Position numbers and translations under genes: made by a program. From Synechococcus sp. A15-28 (GTDB taxonomy: Bacteria; Cyanobacteriota; Cyanobacteriia; PCC-6307; Cyanobiaceae), in contig NZ_CP047931.1 of the NCBI RefSeq assembly GCF_014280175.1, forward strand, positions 240,001-272,000: 32,000 bases of DNA. The letters run 5' to 3'. Below, piece after piece: positions 8,535-16,167 of this stretch (within the stretch, counting starts at the first letter, position 1; the number at the start of each line of letters is the position of its first letter). The notes under the pieces were generated by a model. That model saw only the letters and a list, made by a program, of their open reading frames with translations, ran no database searches and had not been told where the DNA came from.

Positions 8535-9143
8535 ATGGCACGTCAGGGGGAGATCCATCGGGTCACCGGTGAAACCGATGTGAAGGTGCGGCTGGACCTG
8601 GACGGTTCCGGCCAGTGCCAGGCCAGCACCGGCGTGCCGTTCCTCGATCACATGCTTCATCAGATCAGCAGCCACGGCCTGATCGATCTGGACGTCAATG
8701 CGGTGGGCGATACCCACATCGATGATCACCACACCAATGAGGACGTGGGCATCGCCGTGGGCCAGGCCCTGGCTCAGGCCCTGGGGGACCGACGTGGCAT
8801 CCATCGCTTCGGTCATTTCGTGGCGCCCCTGGATGAGGCCCTGGTGCAGGTGGCCCTGGATTGTTCCGGCCGTCCCCACCTCAGCTACAGCCTGATCATT
8901 TCCAGCCAGAAGATCGGTACCTACGACACTGAGCTCGTGAAGGAGTTCTTCGTGGCGGTGGTCAACAACAGCGGGCTGACCCTCCACATCCGCCAGCTGG
9001 ACGGGGCCAACTCCCACCACATCGTGGAGGCCTGTTTCAAGGCGTTTTCGCGCGCCTTGCGCATGGCCACAGAAATCGATCCCCGCCGGGCTGGCGCGAT
9101 CCCCAGCAGCAAAGGCGTCCTGGAGCAGGCCGGCGCCAACTGA
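8535..9143 (+). CDS. hisB: Imidazoleglycerol-phosphate dehydratase
   Basis: ATG at 8535 ([24 protein letters not shown]). Metal-binding His motifs [17 protein letters not shown] and [16 protein letters not shown]. 202 aa. Confidence 0.92.
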   Translation: MARQGEIHRVTGETDVKVRLDLDGSGQCQASTGVPFLDHMLHQISSHGLIDLDVNAVGDTHIDDHHTNEDVGIAVGQALAQALGDRRGIHRFGHFVAPLDEALVQVALDCSGRPHLSYSLIISSQKIGTYDTELVKEFFVAVVNNSGLTLHIRQLDGANSHHIVEACFKAFSRALRMATEIDPRRAGAIPSSKGVLEQAGAN

Positions 9144-9203
9144 GGCCGGCTGCGCGCTTCACAGTCCGTTACGAGAGGATGGTGCCACGTTGACCCTCCG
9201 CCC

Positions 9204-10673
9204 GTGACCGTCGCCCCCGCCCGCAGCTACGACCGCAGCGACTGGGCCAGCGCCTTTGTCAATGTGGAGGAGGAACTCACCGATGTGGCGCTGACGCCGG
9301 TGCGTGGCGCGGTGCCCACGGAGCTTCAGGGCACCCTGTATCGCAATGGACCCGGTCGTCTGGAGCGGGATGGCCATCGGGTGCATCACCCCTTCGATGG
9401 CGACGGCATGATCGCGGCGATGCGGTTTGAGAACGGCAGCGTTTCCCTCAGCAACCGCTTTGTGCGCACCGAGGGTTGGCTGGCGGAGGAAAAGGCCGGC
9501 AAGGTGCTCTACCGAGGCGTGTTCGGCAGCCAGAAACCCGGCGGGCGTCTGGCCAATGCCTTCGATCTGCGCCTGAAGAACATCGCCAACACCAACGTGG
9601 TGCGTCTGGGTGATCAGTTGTTCGCTCTTTGGGAAGCCGCCGAGCCCCATGCCCTCGATCCCCGCAGCCTGGAGACCCGCGGCCTCTCCCGGCTCGATGG
9701 TGTGCTGAAGAAGGGCGAGGCCTTCAGCGCTCACCCGCGCTTCGATCCCGGCCACAACGGCCGGCCCTGCATGGTCACCTTCGGTGTGAAGACCGGGCCC
9801 CGCAGCACCATTCGTCTGATGGAATTCGCCACCGATGGTCCTGATGCCGGTGCGCTGCTGCACGATCGTTCTGACACGTTCCCCGGTTTCGCTTTCCTCC
9901 ACGATTTCGCCATCACCCCCAACTGGGCGGTGTTCCTGCAGAACGCCATCGCCTTCAATCCCTTGCCGTTTGTGACCGGCGAAAAAGGTGCTGCCCAGTG
10001 CCTGGCCTCACAGCCCGGCGGCAAAGGGCGTTTCTGGTTGATTCCGCGCGACTCCGGTCGTTTCGCCGGACAAAAACCCCGCATCCTCGAAGCCCCCGAC
10101 GGCTTCGTCTTCCATCACCTCAACGCCTTTGAGGACGGAGATCATGTGGTGGTGGAAAGCATCGTCTACGACGATTTCCCGTCCATCGGTCCCGATGACG
10201 ATTTCGCGCAGGTGGATTTCGACAAGGTCCCCGAGGGAATCCTGCACCGCTGCCGCCTTGATCTGAGCCGCGAATCGGTGCAGACCGAGCGGATCAGCGA
10301 GCGGACTTGCGAGTTCGCCATGGTGAATCCAGAGCGTCAGGGCCTCAGAGCCCGCTTCGCCTGGATGGCTGTTGCTGAGCGGGAGACAGGCAATGATCCG
10401 TTGCAGGCCATTCAGAAGCTTGATCTGGCTTCCGGCGCCACCCACACCTGGAGTGCTGCCCCCCGTGGTTTCGTGAGTGAGCCGTTGATGGTGCGTAGTC
10501 CAGGTTCGGAAGCTGAGGACGACGGTTGGGTGCTGGATCTGGTGTGGAACGGGGCCCGGGCTGCATCCGATCTGGTGATCCTTAATGCCCGTGATCTGTC
10601 GGAGGTGGCGGTGCTGGAGCTGCCGCTTGCGGTGCCCCATGGCTTGCACGGCAGCTGGGCCGCTGAGTCCTGA
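9204..10673 (+). CDS. Carotenoid cleavage oxygenase (apocarotenoid oxygenase-like, RPE65/CCO family)
   Basis: GTG start at 9204. The four iron-ligand His contexts are present: HHPFDGDGM, FLHDFAITPNW, FHHLNAFE and VPHGLHGSW. 489 aa. Confidence 0.85.
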   Translation: MTVAPARSYDRSDWASAFVNVEEELTDVALTPVRGAVPTELQGTLYRNGPGRLERDGHRVHHPFDGDGMIAAMRFENGSVSLSNRFVRTEGWLAEEKAGKVLYRGVFGSQKPGGRLANAFDLRLKNIANTNVVRLGDQLFALWEAAEPHALDPRSLETRGLSRLDGVLKKGEAFSAHPRFDPGHNGRPCMVTFGVKTGPRSTIRLMEFATDGPDAGALLHDRSDTFPGFAFLHDFAITPNWAVFLQNAIAFNPLPFVTGEKGAAQCLASQPGGKGRFWLIPRDSGRFAGQKPRILEAPDGFVFHHLNAFEDGDHVVVESIVYDDFPSIGPDDDFAQVDFDKVPEGILHRCRLDLSRESVQTERISERTCEFAMVNPERQGLRARFAWMAVAERETGNDPLQAIQKLDLASGATHTWSAAPRGFVSEPLMVRSPGSEAEDDGWVLDLVWNGARAASDLVILNARDLSEVAVLELPLAVPHGLHGSWAAES

Positions 10674-10686
10674 GGCCCGCCTCGGC

Positions 10687-12234
10687 TCAACTGAGTCCTT
10701 CCCGTTTCGCTTCCTTCCAGGCCAACCGTGGAGCACTCCAGAGGGTGGCCAGCACCAGCGGTGTGACCGGCACCGCGGTGATCACGATGAAGGCCTGCAG
10801 GGCATCGATGGAGGTGCTGTCCCCCAGGCCGCTGCCGATGCGCAGCAGCACAAGTGTGAGGCTGCCGATCATCAAGGCCCAGAACAGTCGCAGGGGGGCC
10901 GGTGGTTCTGTGCGGCCGCTCACCACCATGGCGGCGGCGTAGCTCATGGAATCGGCACTGGTGCACATGAACAGCACCACCAGCACCAGACCGATCGGGA
11001 TCAGAAGGCCTGCCAGGGGGAGTTGGCTGAGGATCGCGAGCAAGGCCGCCGCGGCACCGTTCTGGGCCAGGGCCTCACTGATGCCAGCACCGGCCAGTTC
11101 CAGTTGCAGACCGGTGCCCCCCAGCAGCGTGAACCAGATGTTGGTCACGATCGGGCAGAGAATCGCCACGGCCAGCACCAGCTCGCGGATGGTTCGGCCA
11201 CGGCTGACGCCAGCGGTGAACAGACCCATCAGTGGGGCATAGCCGAGGAACCAGCCCCAGTAGAAAACGGTCCAGCCGTTGATCCAGTTGCCCGGCGCCA
11301 GATTGGGCGTCAGAGCCATCCGCGGCAGGTGGATCAGATACGTCAGGAAGCCGCTGAAAAAGTGCTGGATCAGCCACAGGCCAGGCCCGAGCAGCAGCAG
11401 CCCGGCCGCCATGGTGAGCGTCAGCCAGACATTGAGTTCCGACAGCCACTTGATCCCCTTCTGTATCCCGCTGACGGTGGAGCTGGCGAAGACAGCGGTG
11501 AGCAGCACCACCACCAGCGACTGCAGCCCGGCGCTGTCGCTGAGCCAGGGCAGCTGGCCGGCGGCGTTGCTGAGTTGAAGGGACAGAAACCCAAGGGGGC
11601 CGACGGTGCCGGCAATCGCCGCGACCACGGACAGTCCATCCGCGAGGTGACCGATCGGCCCATCCACCCAGCCCCGCGGCACGATGTTCACCAGCAACGT
11701 GCGTGGCCGCAGTGGCTCGCCCCGACGTTCCAGGATTGAAAAGGTGATCGTGGTGGTGGTGGCCACCAGGGCCCAGGCAAGAAAGCCCCAGTGCAGAAAG
11801 CTCACCGCCAGGGCAGGATCCACTGCTTCCGCGGTCCCCCCTTGGACGCCCGCAAACACGGGTGATGGAGTCTGGAAGTGATACAGCGGTTCGGCAGCGG
11901 ACCAGAAAACGCCACCCCCGGCCAGCAGGGTGCAGATCAGCACCGCGCACCAATCGAACAGTTTCAGACTTGGTTTGGTCTCAGCGCCACCAAGGCGAAC
12001 GTTGCCGACCGGGCTGATGGCAACGACCATAGCGATCACAAAGACCAACAGCACCATCCATTGCCAGAGCCCACCCAGGGCCGTGCTGACCACAGCCTTG
12101 CCGTTGTCGGTGAATTGCTTTGCCAGGGCCAGGTCAATGGCTGACACCACCAGAAAGATCAGCAGTGGCGTGGCACCGACCCAGAGGGGCGGCTGCCGCC
12201 ACCAGGACCGATCGCTCGTGGGATGGATGGTCAT
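10687..12234 (-). CDS. BCCT-family (betaine/carnitine/choline-type) secondary transporter
   Basis: BCCT signature WTVFYWGWFLGYAPLMGLFTAGVSRGRTIRE, plus GGGVFWSAAEPLYHF, and multiple TM segments. Candidate starts are ATG 12234 (4 nt after the upstream stop), ATG 12255 or GTG 12300. It is the last gene of a four-gene operon. Confidence 0.88.
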   Translation of the reverse strand: MTIHPTSDRSWWRQPPLWVGATPLLIFLVVSAIDLALAKQFTDNGKAVVSTALGGLWQWMVLLVFVIAMVVAISPVGNVRLGGAETKPSLKLFDWCAVLICTLLAGGGVFWSAAEPLYHFQTPSPVFAGVQGGTAEAVDPALAVSFLHWGFLAWALVATTTTITFSILERRGEPLRPRTLLVNIVPRGWVDGPIGHLADGLSVVAAIAGTVGPLGFLSLQLSNAAGQLPWLSDSAGLQSLVVVLLTAVFASSTVSGIQKGIKWLSELNVWLTLTMAAGLLLLGPGLWLIQHFFSGFLTYLIHLPRMALTPNLAPGNWINGWTVFYWGWFLGYAPLMGLFTAGVSRGRTIRELVLAVAILCPIVTNIWFTLLGGTGLQLELAGAGISEALAQNGAAAALLAILSQLPLAGLLIPIGLVLVVLFMCTSADSMSYAAAMVVSGRTEPPAPLRLFWALMIGSLTLVLLRIGSGLGDSTSIDALQAFIVITAVPVTPLVLATLWSAPRLAWKEAKREGLS

Positions 12235-12238
12235 GCTT

Positions 12239-13429
12239 TCAGGCTCGGACGGCATCGCGCTGGTGGCTCCAGCAGGAAAGGTCAACGGCAGGCTGCTCAC
12301 CGCAGGCCAACCGCGCCAGGGAATCTCCGATCAGCGGTGCGAACTTGAAGGCCTGACCGGAGCCACCGGCGAACAGGCTGAGGCTGGGGCTGAGGCGATC
12401 CAGCACAAAATTCACATCGCTGGCCATGGAGTACGGGCTCATCACCGTTTCCACGCGCTCTTGAACGCCCTCCACGTTGTTGAACAGGAAGGTGTCGAGC
12501 AGTTCCACGAGCCTTGGCGGCGCCTCAGTGGCCATGGCGTTGGGCTCGGCCACGCGGAGCTCCTGGGGCGCCCAGTCGATCCCGGCTTTGATCCGGGGCC
12601 GGCCGTCTTCGGTGTGGCTCAGCACCGGGAATGCGTAGTAGAGACCGCCATCATCGCCCCGTTCGCGCTGGAAGCAGAACCACTGGGGATAACGATCGGC
12701 CAAGGCCGGATCGACGGTGTAGTGGGCCCAGAGCATCGGCCAGACCTCCAGTTTCGGTGCCAGACCCAGGGGGGCCAGCAGCAGCTGACTCCAGATGCCG
12801 CTGGCCACCACCACCTGGCCAGCACCGATGTGATGGCCGTTCTCCAGAGTCACACCGGTCCCGTCGGCATCGATGCCTGCCACGGGGCAATGCTCGATCA
12901 ATTGGTGACCGGCCTGCCGTGCCGTGCGGGTCCAGTGGGCGATCACCTTGTCGCTGCGGACCGCGCCGGCGGTGGGTTCAAACAACCCCGTGAAATCCGA
13001 CTTGGGCTTCAGTGGGAACCGTGATCTGATCGCATCGGCATCAAGGGCTTCATAGGGAATGCCCTGATCGTCCATCACCCGGCGGGCACCGGGGATCGAG
13101 CCTTCAATGGTCTCCTCGTCCCAGCTTTCGCCGTAAAACAGCAGCCCGTGGGTTTCCCGGAGCTGCTCACCGGCATGGGCTTCCTCCTCCCGCCACAGGC
13201 GGTTGGCCTCCTGGGCCAGGCGACAGAGCACCGGGTCGGAGTACATCTCCCGGAACATCCTGGTTTCGCCGAAGCTGCTGGCTTTGGCATGGGCCAGGGT
13301 CTTGGCTTCCAGGAGCACCACATCGTTGATGCCGCGGCGCGCCAGGGAGGCGGCGCAGCTGAGGCCCGCCATGCCGCCACCGACGATGACGATGGCCGCT
13401 TGGGTCGGCAGGGAAGAGGATTGGGTCAT
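12239..13429 (-). CDS. FAD-dependent amine oxidoreductase, monomeric sarcosine oxidase / pipecolate oxidase (DAO) family
   Basis: N-terminal dinucleotide fold AIVIVGGGMAGLSCAASLARRGINDVVLLEA. MSOX-like ASSFGETRMFREMY and C-terminal GGSGQAFKFAPLIGDSLA. Its ATG overlaps the upstream stop (ATGA at 13426-13429). Substrate unknown. Confidence 0.8.
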   Translation of the reverse strand: MTQSSSLPTQAAIVIVGGGMAGLSCAASLARRGINDVVLLEAKTLAHAKASSFGETRMFREMYSDPVLCRLAQEANRLWREEEAHAGEQLRETHGLLFYGESWDEETIEGSIPGARRVMDDQGIPYEALDADAIRSRFPLKPKSDFTGLFEPTAGAVRSDKVIAHWTRTARQAGHQLIEHCPVAGIDADGTGVTLENGHHIGAGQVVVASGIWSQLLLAPLGLAPKLEVWPMLWAHYTVDPALADRYPQWFCFQRERGDDGGLYYAFPVLSHTEDGRPRIKAGIDWAPQELRVAEPNAMATEAPPRLVELLDTFLFNNVEGVQERVETVMSPYSMASDVNFVLDRLSPSLSLFAGGSGQAFKFAPLIGDSLARLACGEQPAVDLSCWSHQRDAVRA

Positions 13430-14484
13430 GGGGTGTCCCCGAAGCTGAGGCCGATGGGATCGGTGGATGGTGTGGCGGCCACTTCGTCCAGGGCGGCGCC
13501 AACGGACAGGCCCTGATCGCGCTGGTTGAGGAAGTCATTGGCTCGTCTGCGGACCTCCTGACGGACGAAGGCGTAAACGTCCGTGGCCCCAGCACCCTTC
13601 CAGGCATCCGGTGAGAAGCGCTCAATCGAGTCGGCGATCACCGCACCGGCGTTCACCAGGGGGTCGGGCAGCACCCGGATTCCCCGGCGCCGCAGGTCAT
13701 CGGCCAGGTGCGGACTCTGGAAAGGGGCATTGGCCGCAGGCACCACGGAGGTGACCCGCAAGGCAGAGGCCATCTCCGCGTTGATCAGGCCGGAAATGGA
13801 ACAGGGCAGCAGCAGGTCGAGTTTCAATTCCCACCAGGGGCAGCCCTGGGCCAGGGGTGTGGCGCCGGGGAACCCTGCGCGTTCGCGGCTGAGATCCACT
13901 GTGAACACGGTCCAGCCATGCTCAACCAGCGTGCGGGCCACGGTGCCGCCCACCGCCCCGCAGCCGTGCACCAGGGCCTGGCCGGGTTTCGCATCTTTGA
14001 GTTCCGCTTCGAGCACCGCTTCCACGGCGCCCAGGGTGCCGTGGGCTGTGGCGGCGCTGGCATCCACCGGGCTGCCGACGGCAGCCAGCACATGGGGCGT
14101 GAGCTCCGTGAGTCGCTCCATGTCCTCGAGGCTGGTGTTGAGATCACATCCGGTGATCATCGCGCCGTCCAGGGACTGCAGCAGTTCTGCGGTCACGTTG
14201 ATCAGCTCATCCTTTACGGCGGCGGGTTCCTTGGCCCGAGCCACGATCTTGCCGCCGGCGAAACCGGTGCCGTAGAGATCGTGCTTGTGGGTCATCAGCC
14301 CGGCCAGCCGCTCGCCGTCGGCGATGCAGGCTTCATCACTGGGGTAGTTCAGCAGCCGCAGGCCACCGTTGGCAGGACGCTTGGCATCGGTGTCCTCGGC
14401 CACCACGAACACCGAGAGATGTTCGGAGACGTGTTCCGCCAGCACCGAAACAGTCGGTGTGGGTCTGGTTGTGGTGGTCGTCAT
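13426..14484 (-). CDS. Amino-acid dehydrogenase of the Glu/Leu/Phe/Val dehydrogenase superfamily (LeuDH/PheDH-like size)
   Basis: GGLRLLNYPSDEACIADGERLAGLMTHKHDLYGTGFAGGKIVA aligns with the LeuDH GGxRmxxY...MTYKNA...GGGK region, and both catalytic/substrate Lys are kept. NAD(P) fold VHGCGAVGGTVARTLVEHGWTVFTVD. The ATG at 14484 (MTTTTTRPT) overlaps the upstream TGA by 1 nt (TGATG). Substrate specificity cannot be read by eye. Confidence 0.8.
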   Translation of the reverse strand: MTTTTTRPTPTVSVLAEHVSEHLSVFVVAEDTDAKRPANGGLRLLNYPSDEACIADGERLAGLMTHKHDLYGTGFAGGKIVARAKEPAAVKDELINVTAELLQSLDGAMITGCDLNTSLEDMERLTELTPHVLAAVGSPVDASAATAHGTLGAVEAVLEAELKDAKPGQALVHGCGAVGGTVARTLVEHGWTVFTVDLSRERAGFPGATPLAQGCPWWELKLDLLLPCSISGLINAEMASALRVTSVVPAANAPFQSPHLADDLRRRGIRVLPDPLVNAGAVIADSIERFSPDAWKGAGATDVYAFVRQEVRRRANDFLNQRDQGLSVGAALDEVAATPSTDPIGLSFGDTP

Positions 14485-15521
14485 CAGGCGACCTTCTCCA
14501 TCATCTGATGGTGCTCGACGTAGTCCAGGCTCCATTCACTCGGAGCTTCGGCGATGCGCTGCTCCAGTCGTGCATAGACCTGATCGGCCACGGCATCTCC
14601 AGCAACGCTGGCAAAGCTGTGACGGCTCCAGCTGCGAATGGTGGCCATCAGTCCAGCGGCAAAGCTGGCGGTGTCACCATCCTCATTCCAACGGCGGCGG
14701 TACGGACATTTCACGTACACCGTGTGCTCGTCGACGAGTCGCAGACCATTGCGGTAAGGAGCCGAAGCGGTGTCCTTCAACGGCGCCATGAATTCTTCAG
14801 GCGACTTGTAGAAGTTCAGGACCGTGCCCTTGCGGTACTGCTCTTCGCTGATCAGGCCCTCATCGGCCATGCCGCGCCAGATCTGATGCAGCTGGTCGTG
14901 AACGTTGCGGGTTTCACCGCCGTTGTGGCCGAGATAGCGCCCTTCACCATCCCGGGACAGGTTCACCGTCAGCAGGCGGCCACCGACTTTGAGTTCCTTG
15001 CTGCGCAGCTCGAGAACGTAGGTCCAGTCCTTGAGTGCTTGGGCCGTGAAGCGCTGGAGGGCTTCTCCATCGCCGGAGGCGAGCACGTGAGTGTGGGTGT
15101 CCAAGGGTCCGGGCGACTCACTCAGCCAGTGCATGGCTGTGGCGGAGAAGCCGAAACTCACGGTGTTCGGTGCCACCGATGGCTCGTAGAAGCTGCGGGC
15201 ACTGACGAGCACGGTCGGCTTGGGGGCCCTGGGGATCTGCAGAGCCAGGTTCTCAGCCAGGGCCACATTGTCGTTGCTCGGCAGGTCATTGCCGATCAGC
15301 GTCAAGTGGGCATCGGGCTGGTTGGCGTGCAGGCGGTCCAGCACCTGATGCCAGAGACCGACGGCAGTGCCGCCATCGGCAGCTCCGTAATCGATCAGAA
15401 CATGACTGTCTTGGGCAGTCAGTTGGTCAACACAAGTCAAGGCCCAGTCCGAGGCGGCTTCGATGCAGAGGAGAGCGCCTTCGGTCTGCGCGCTGTAACC
15501 CGTGGTCATGGCGATGGCCAT
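14484..15521 (-). CDS. SABATH-like (Methyltransf_7 / SAM-dependent carboxyl- and N-methyltransferase family) methyltransferase
   Basis: The family motif order is kept: VLIDYGAADGGTAV (SAM motif I), LIGNDLPSNDN (NDLPxNDFN-like), SFYEPSVAPNTVSFGFSATAMHWLSE (SFYxRLFP...SLHWLS-like) and LELRSKELKVGGRLL. ATG at 15521 (alternative at 15509). It is the first gene of the operon. Confidence 0.75.
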   Translation of the reverse strand: MAIAMTTGYSAQTEGALLCIEAASDWALTCVDQLTAQDSHVLIDYGAADGGTAVGLWHQVLDRLHANQPDAHLTLIGNDLPSNDNVALAENLALQIPRAPKPTVLVSARSFYEPSVAPNTVSFGFSATAMHWLSESPGPLDTHTHVLASGDGEALQRFTAQALKDWTYVLELRSKELKVGGRLLTVNLSRDGEGRYLGHNGGETRNVHDQLHQIWRGMADEGLISEEQYRKGTVLNFYKSPEEFMAPLKDTASAPYRNGLRLVDEHTVYVKCPYRRRWNEDGDTASFAAGLMATIRSWSRHSFASVAGDAVADQVYARLEQRIAEAPSEWSLDYVEHHQMMEKVA

Positions 15522-15526
15522 CGACC

Positions 15527-15580
15527 TTGTCAGCGGCAGTAATTACCGTACAGGACGAATTTGTCAGAGCTTCGTGACAG
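15527..15580 (-). promoter_or_regulatory. Repeated TTGTCAG / CTGTCAC elements in the 70-bp leader upstream of the methyltransferase operon (possible operator)
   Basis: On the plus strand TTGTCAG occurs at 15527-15533 and 15561-15567, 34 bp apart. The inverted partner GTGACAG at 15574-15580 forms TGTCA-N8-TGACA with the second copy. No convincing -10/-35 pair is seen. Confidence 0.2.
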
Positions 15581-15591
15581 AGAGCACCTGT

Positions 15592-16167
15592 TTAGGAGAG
15601 CAGGGCTCGTAACCGAGGTTCCAGCAGGGCAAAGGCCCTACCGCGGTGGCCATGGGCTTTCTTGTCGCTCAGTGGCATCTCAGCGAAGGTGAGATCGGTT
15701 CCGCTCACTTCAAAGATCGGGTCGTAGCCAAAACCTCCTTCGCCGCGGGGGAGGGTGGTGATGCGGCCATCACAACGTCCCTCCACCTCAATCAACACGC
15801 TGCCATCGGGAGCGGCAACGCACAGCGCTGCGCAGAACTGCGCGTCACGCTCGCTGGTCTTGGACAGAGCGCTCAAAAGTTTGTTGATTCGTTCCGGGTC
15901 TGTCGGGGCGTACCGGGCTGAGTGCACGCCCGGAGCTCCCCCGAGGGCGTTCACGCTGAGTCCGGAATCATCGGCCAAAGCCCAGTGGCCGGTGGTGGTG
16001 GCCACCGCCTTGGCCTTGATCCGGGCATTGGCTGCAAAGGTGCTGCCGGTCTCTTCGACGTCCATACCCTCGGGCTGAGGCTGGACGTCGAGAGGAAGGT
16101 GTTGGAGCAAGCCCTGAAATTCACGGATCTTGCCGGCGTTTCCGCTGGCGATCACCAGGGTCCTCAT
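15592..16167 (-). CDS. rdgB: Non-canonical purine NTP pyrophosphatase (RdgB/HAM1 family)
   Basis: ATG at 16167 (MRTLVIASGNAGKIREF) and C-terminal GFGYDPIF. Its start overlaps the upstream stop (ATGA at 16164-16167). The track ORF extended to 16284 is an upstream run-on. Confidence 0.88.
   Translation of the reverse strand: MRTLVIASGNAGKIREFQGLLQHLPLDVQPQPEGMDVEETGSTFAANARIKAKAVATTTGHWALADDSGLSVNALGGAPGVHSARYAPTDPERINKLLSALSKTSERDAQFCAALCVAAPDGSVLIEVEGRCDGRITTLPRGEGGFGYDPIFEVSGTDLTFAEMPLSDKKAHGHRGRAFALLEPRLRALLS

Noticed and set aside
7372-8541. Long antisense ORFs opposite well-supported genes. These are 7372..8541 versus fabI, 17495..18853 versus the RecB-like nuclease, 10585..11739 and 11930..13024 versus BCCT/oxidase, and 14457..15542 versus the methyltransferase. 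Also 22423..23505 versus Gfo, 27827..28861 versus tgt, 2750..3640 versus phrA, 4267..5253 versus degT, and 360..1484 versus the ABC transporter.
   Set aside because: High-GC genomes produce long stop-free antisense frames. Their translations are Arg/Gly/Pro/Ala-rich and low in complexity, with no family motifs. The opposite strand carries unambiguous conserved motifs in each case.
10663-10699. 9-bp direct repeat CTGAGTCCT at 10663-10671 and 10691-10699. It flanks the 13-bp gap between the convergent carotenoid oxygenase and BCCT stops, and a small GAGG-CCCG-CCTC hairpin lies between the copies.
   Set aside because: Both copies lie at one end of the operon, so this is not a target-site duplication around an insert. 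Each copy is part of a coding 3' end. The hairpin is too short and lacks a U-tract, so I do not call a terminator. It may be coincidence.
15539-15551. NtcA-like palindrome GTAATTACCGTAC upstream of the methyltransferase operon.
   Set aside because: The spacing is GTA-N7-TAC, not the canonical GTA-N8-TAC, and no suitably placed -10 box follows.
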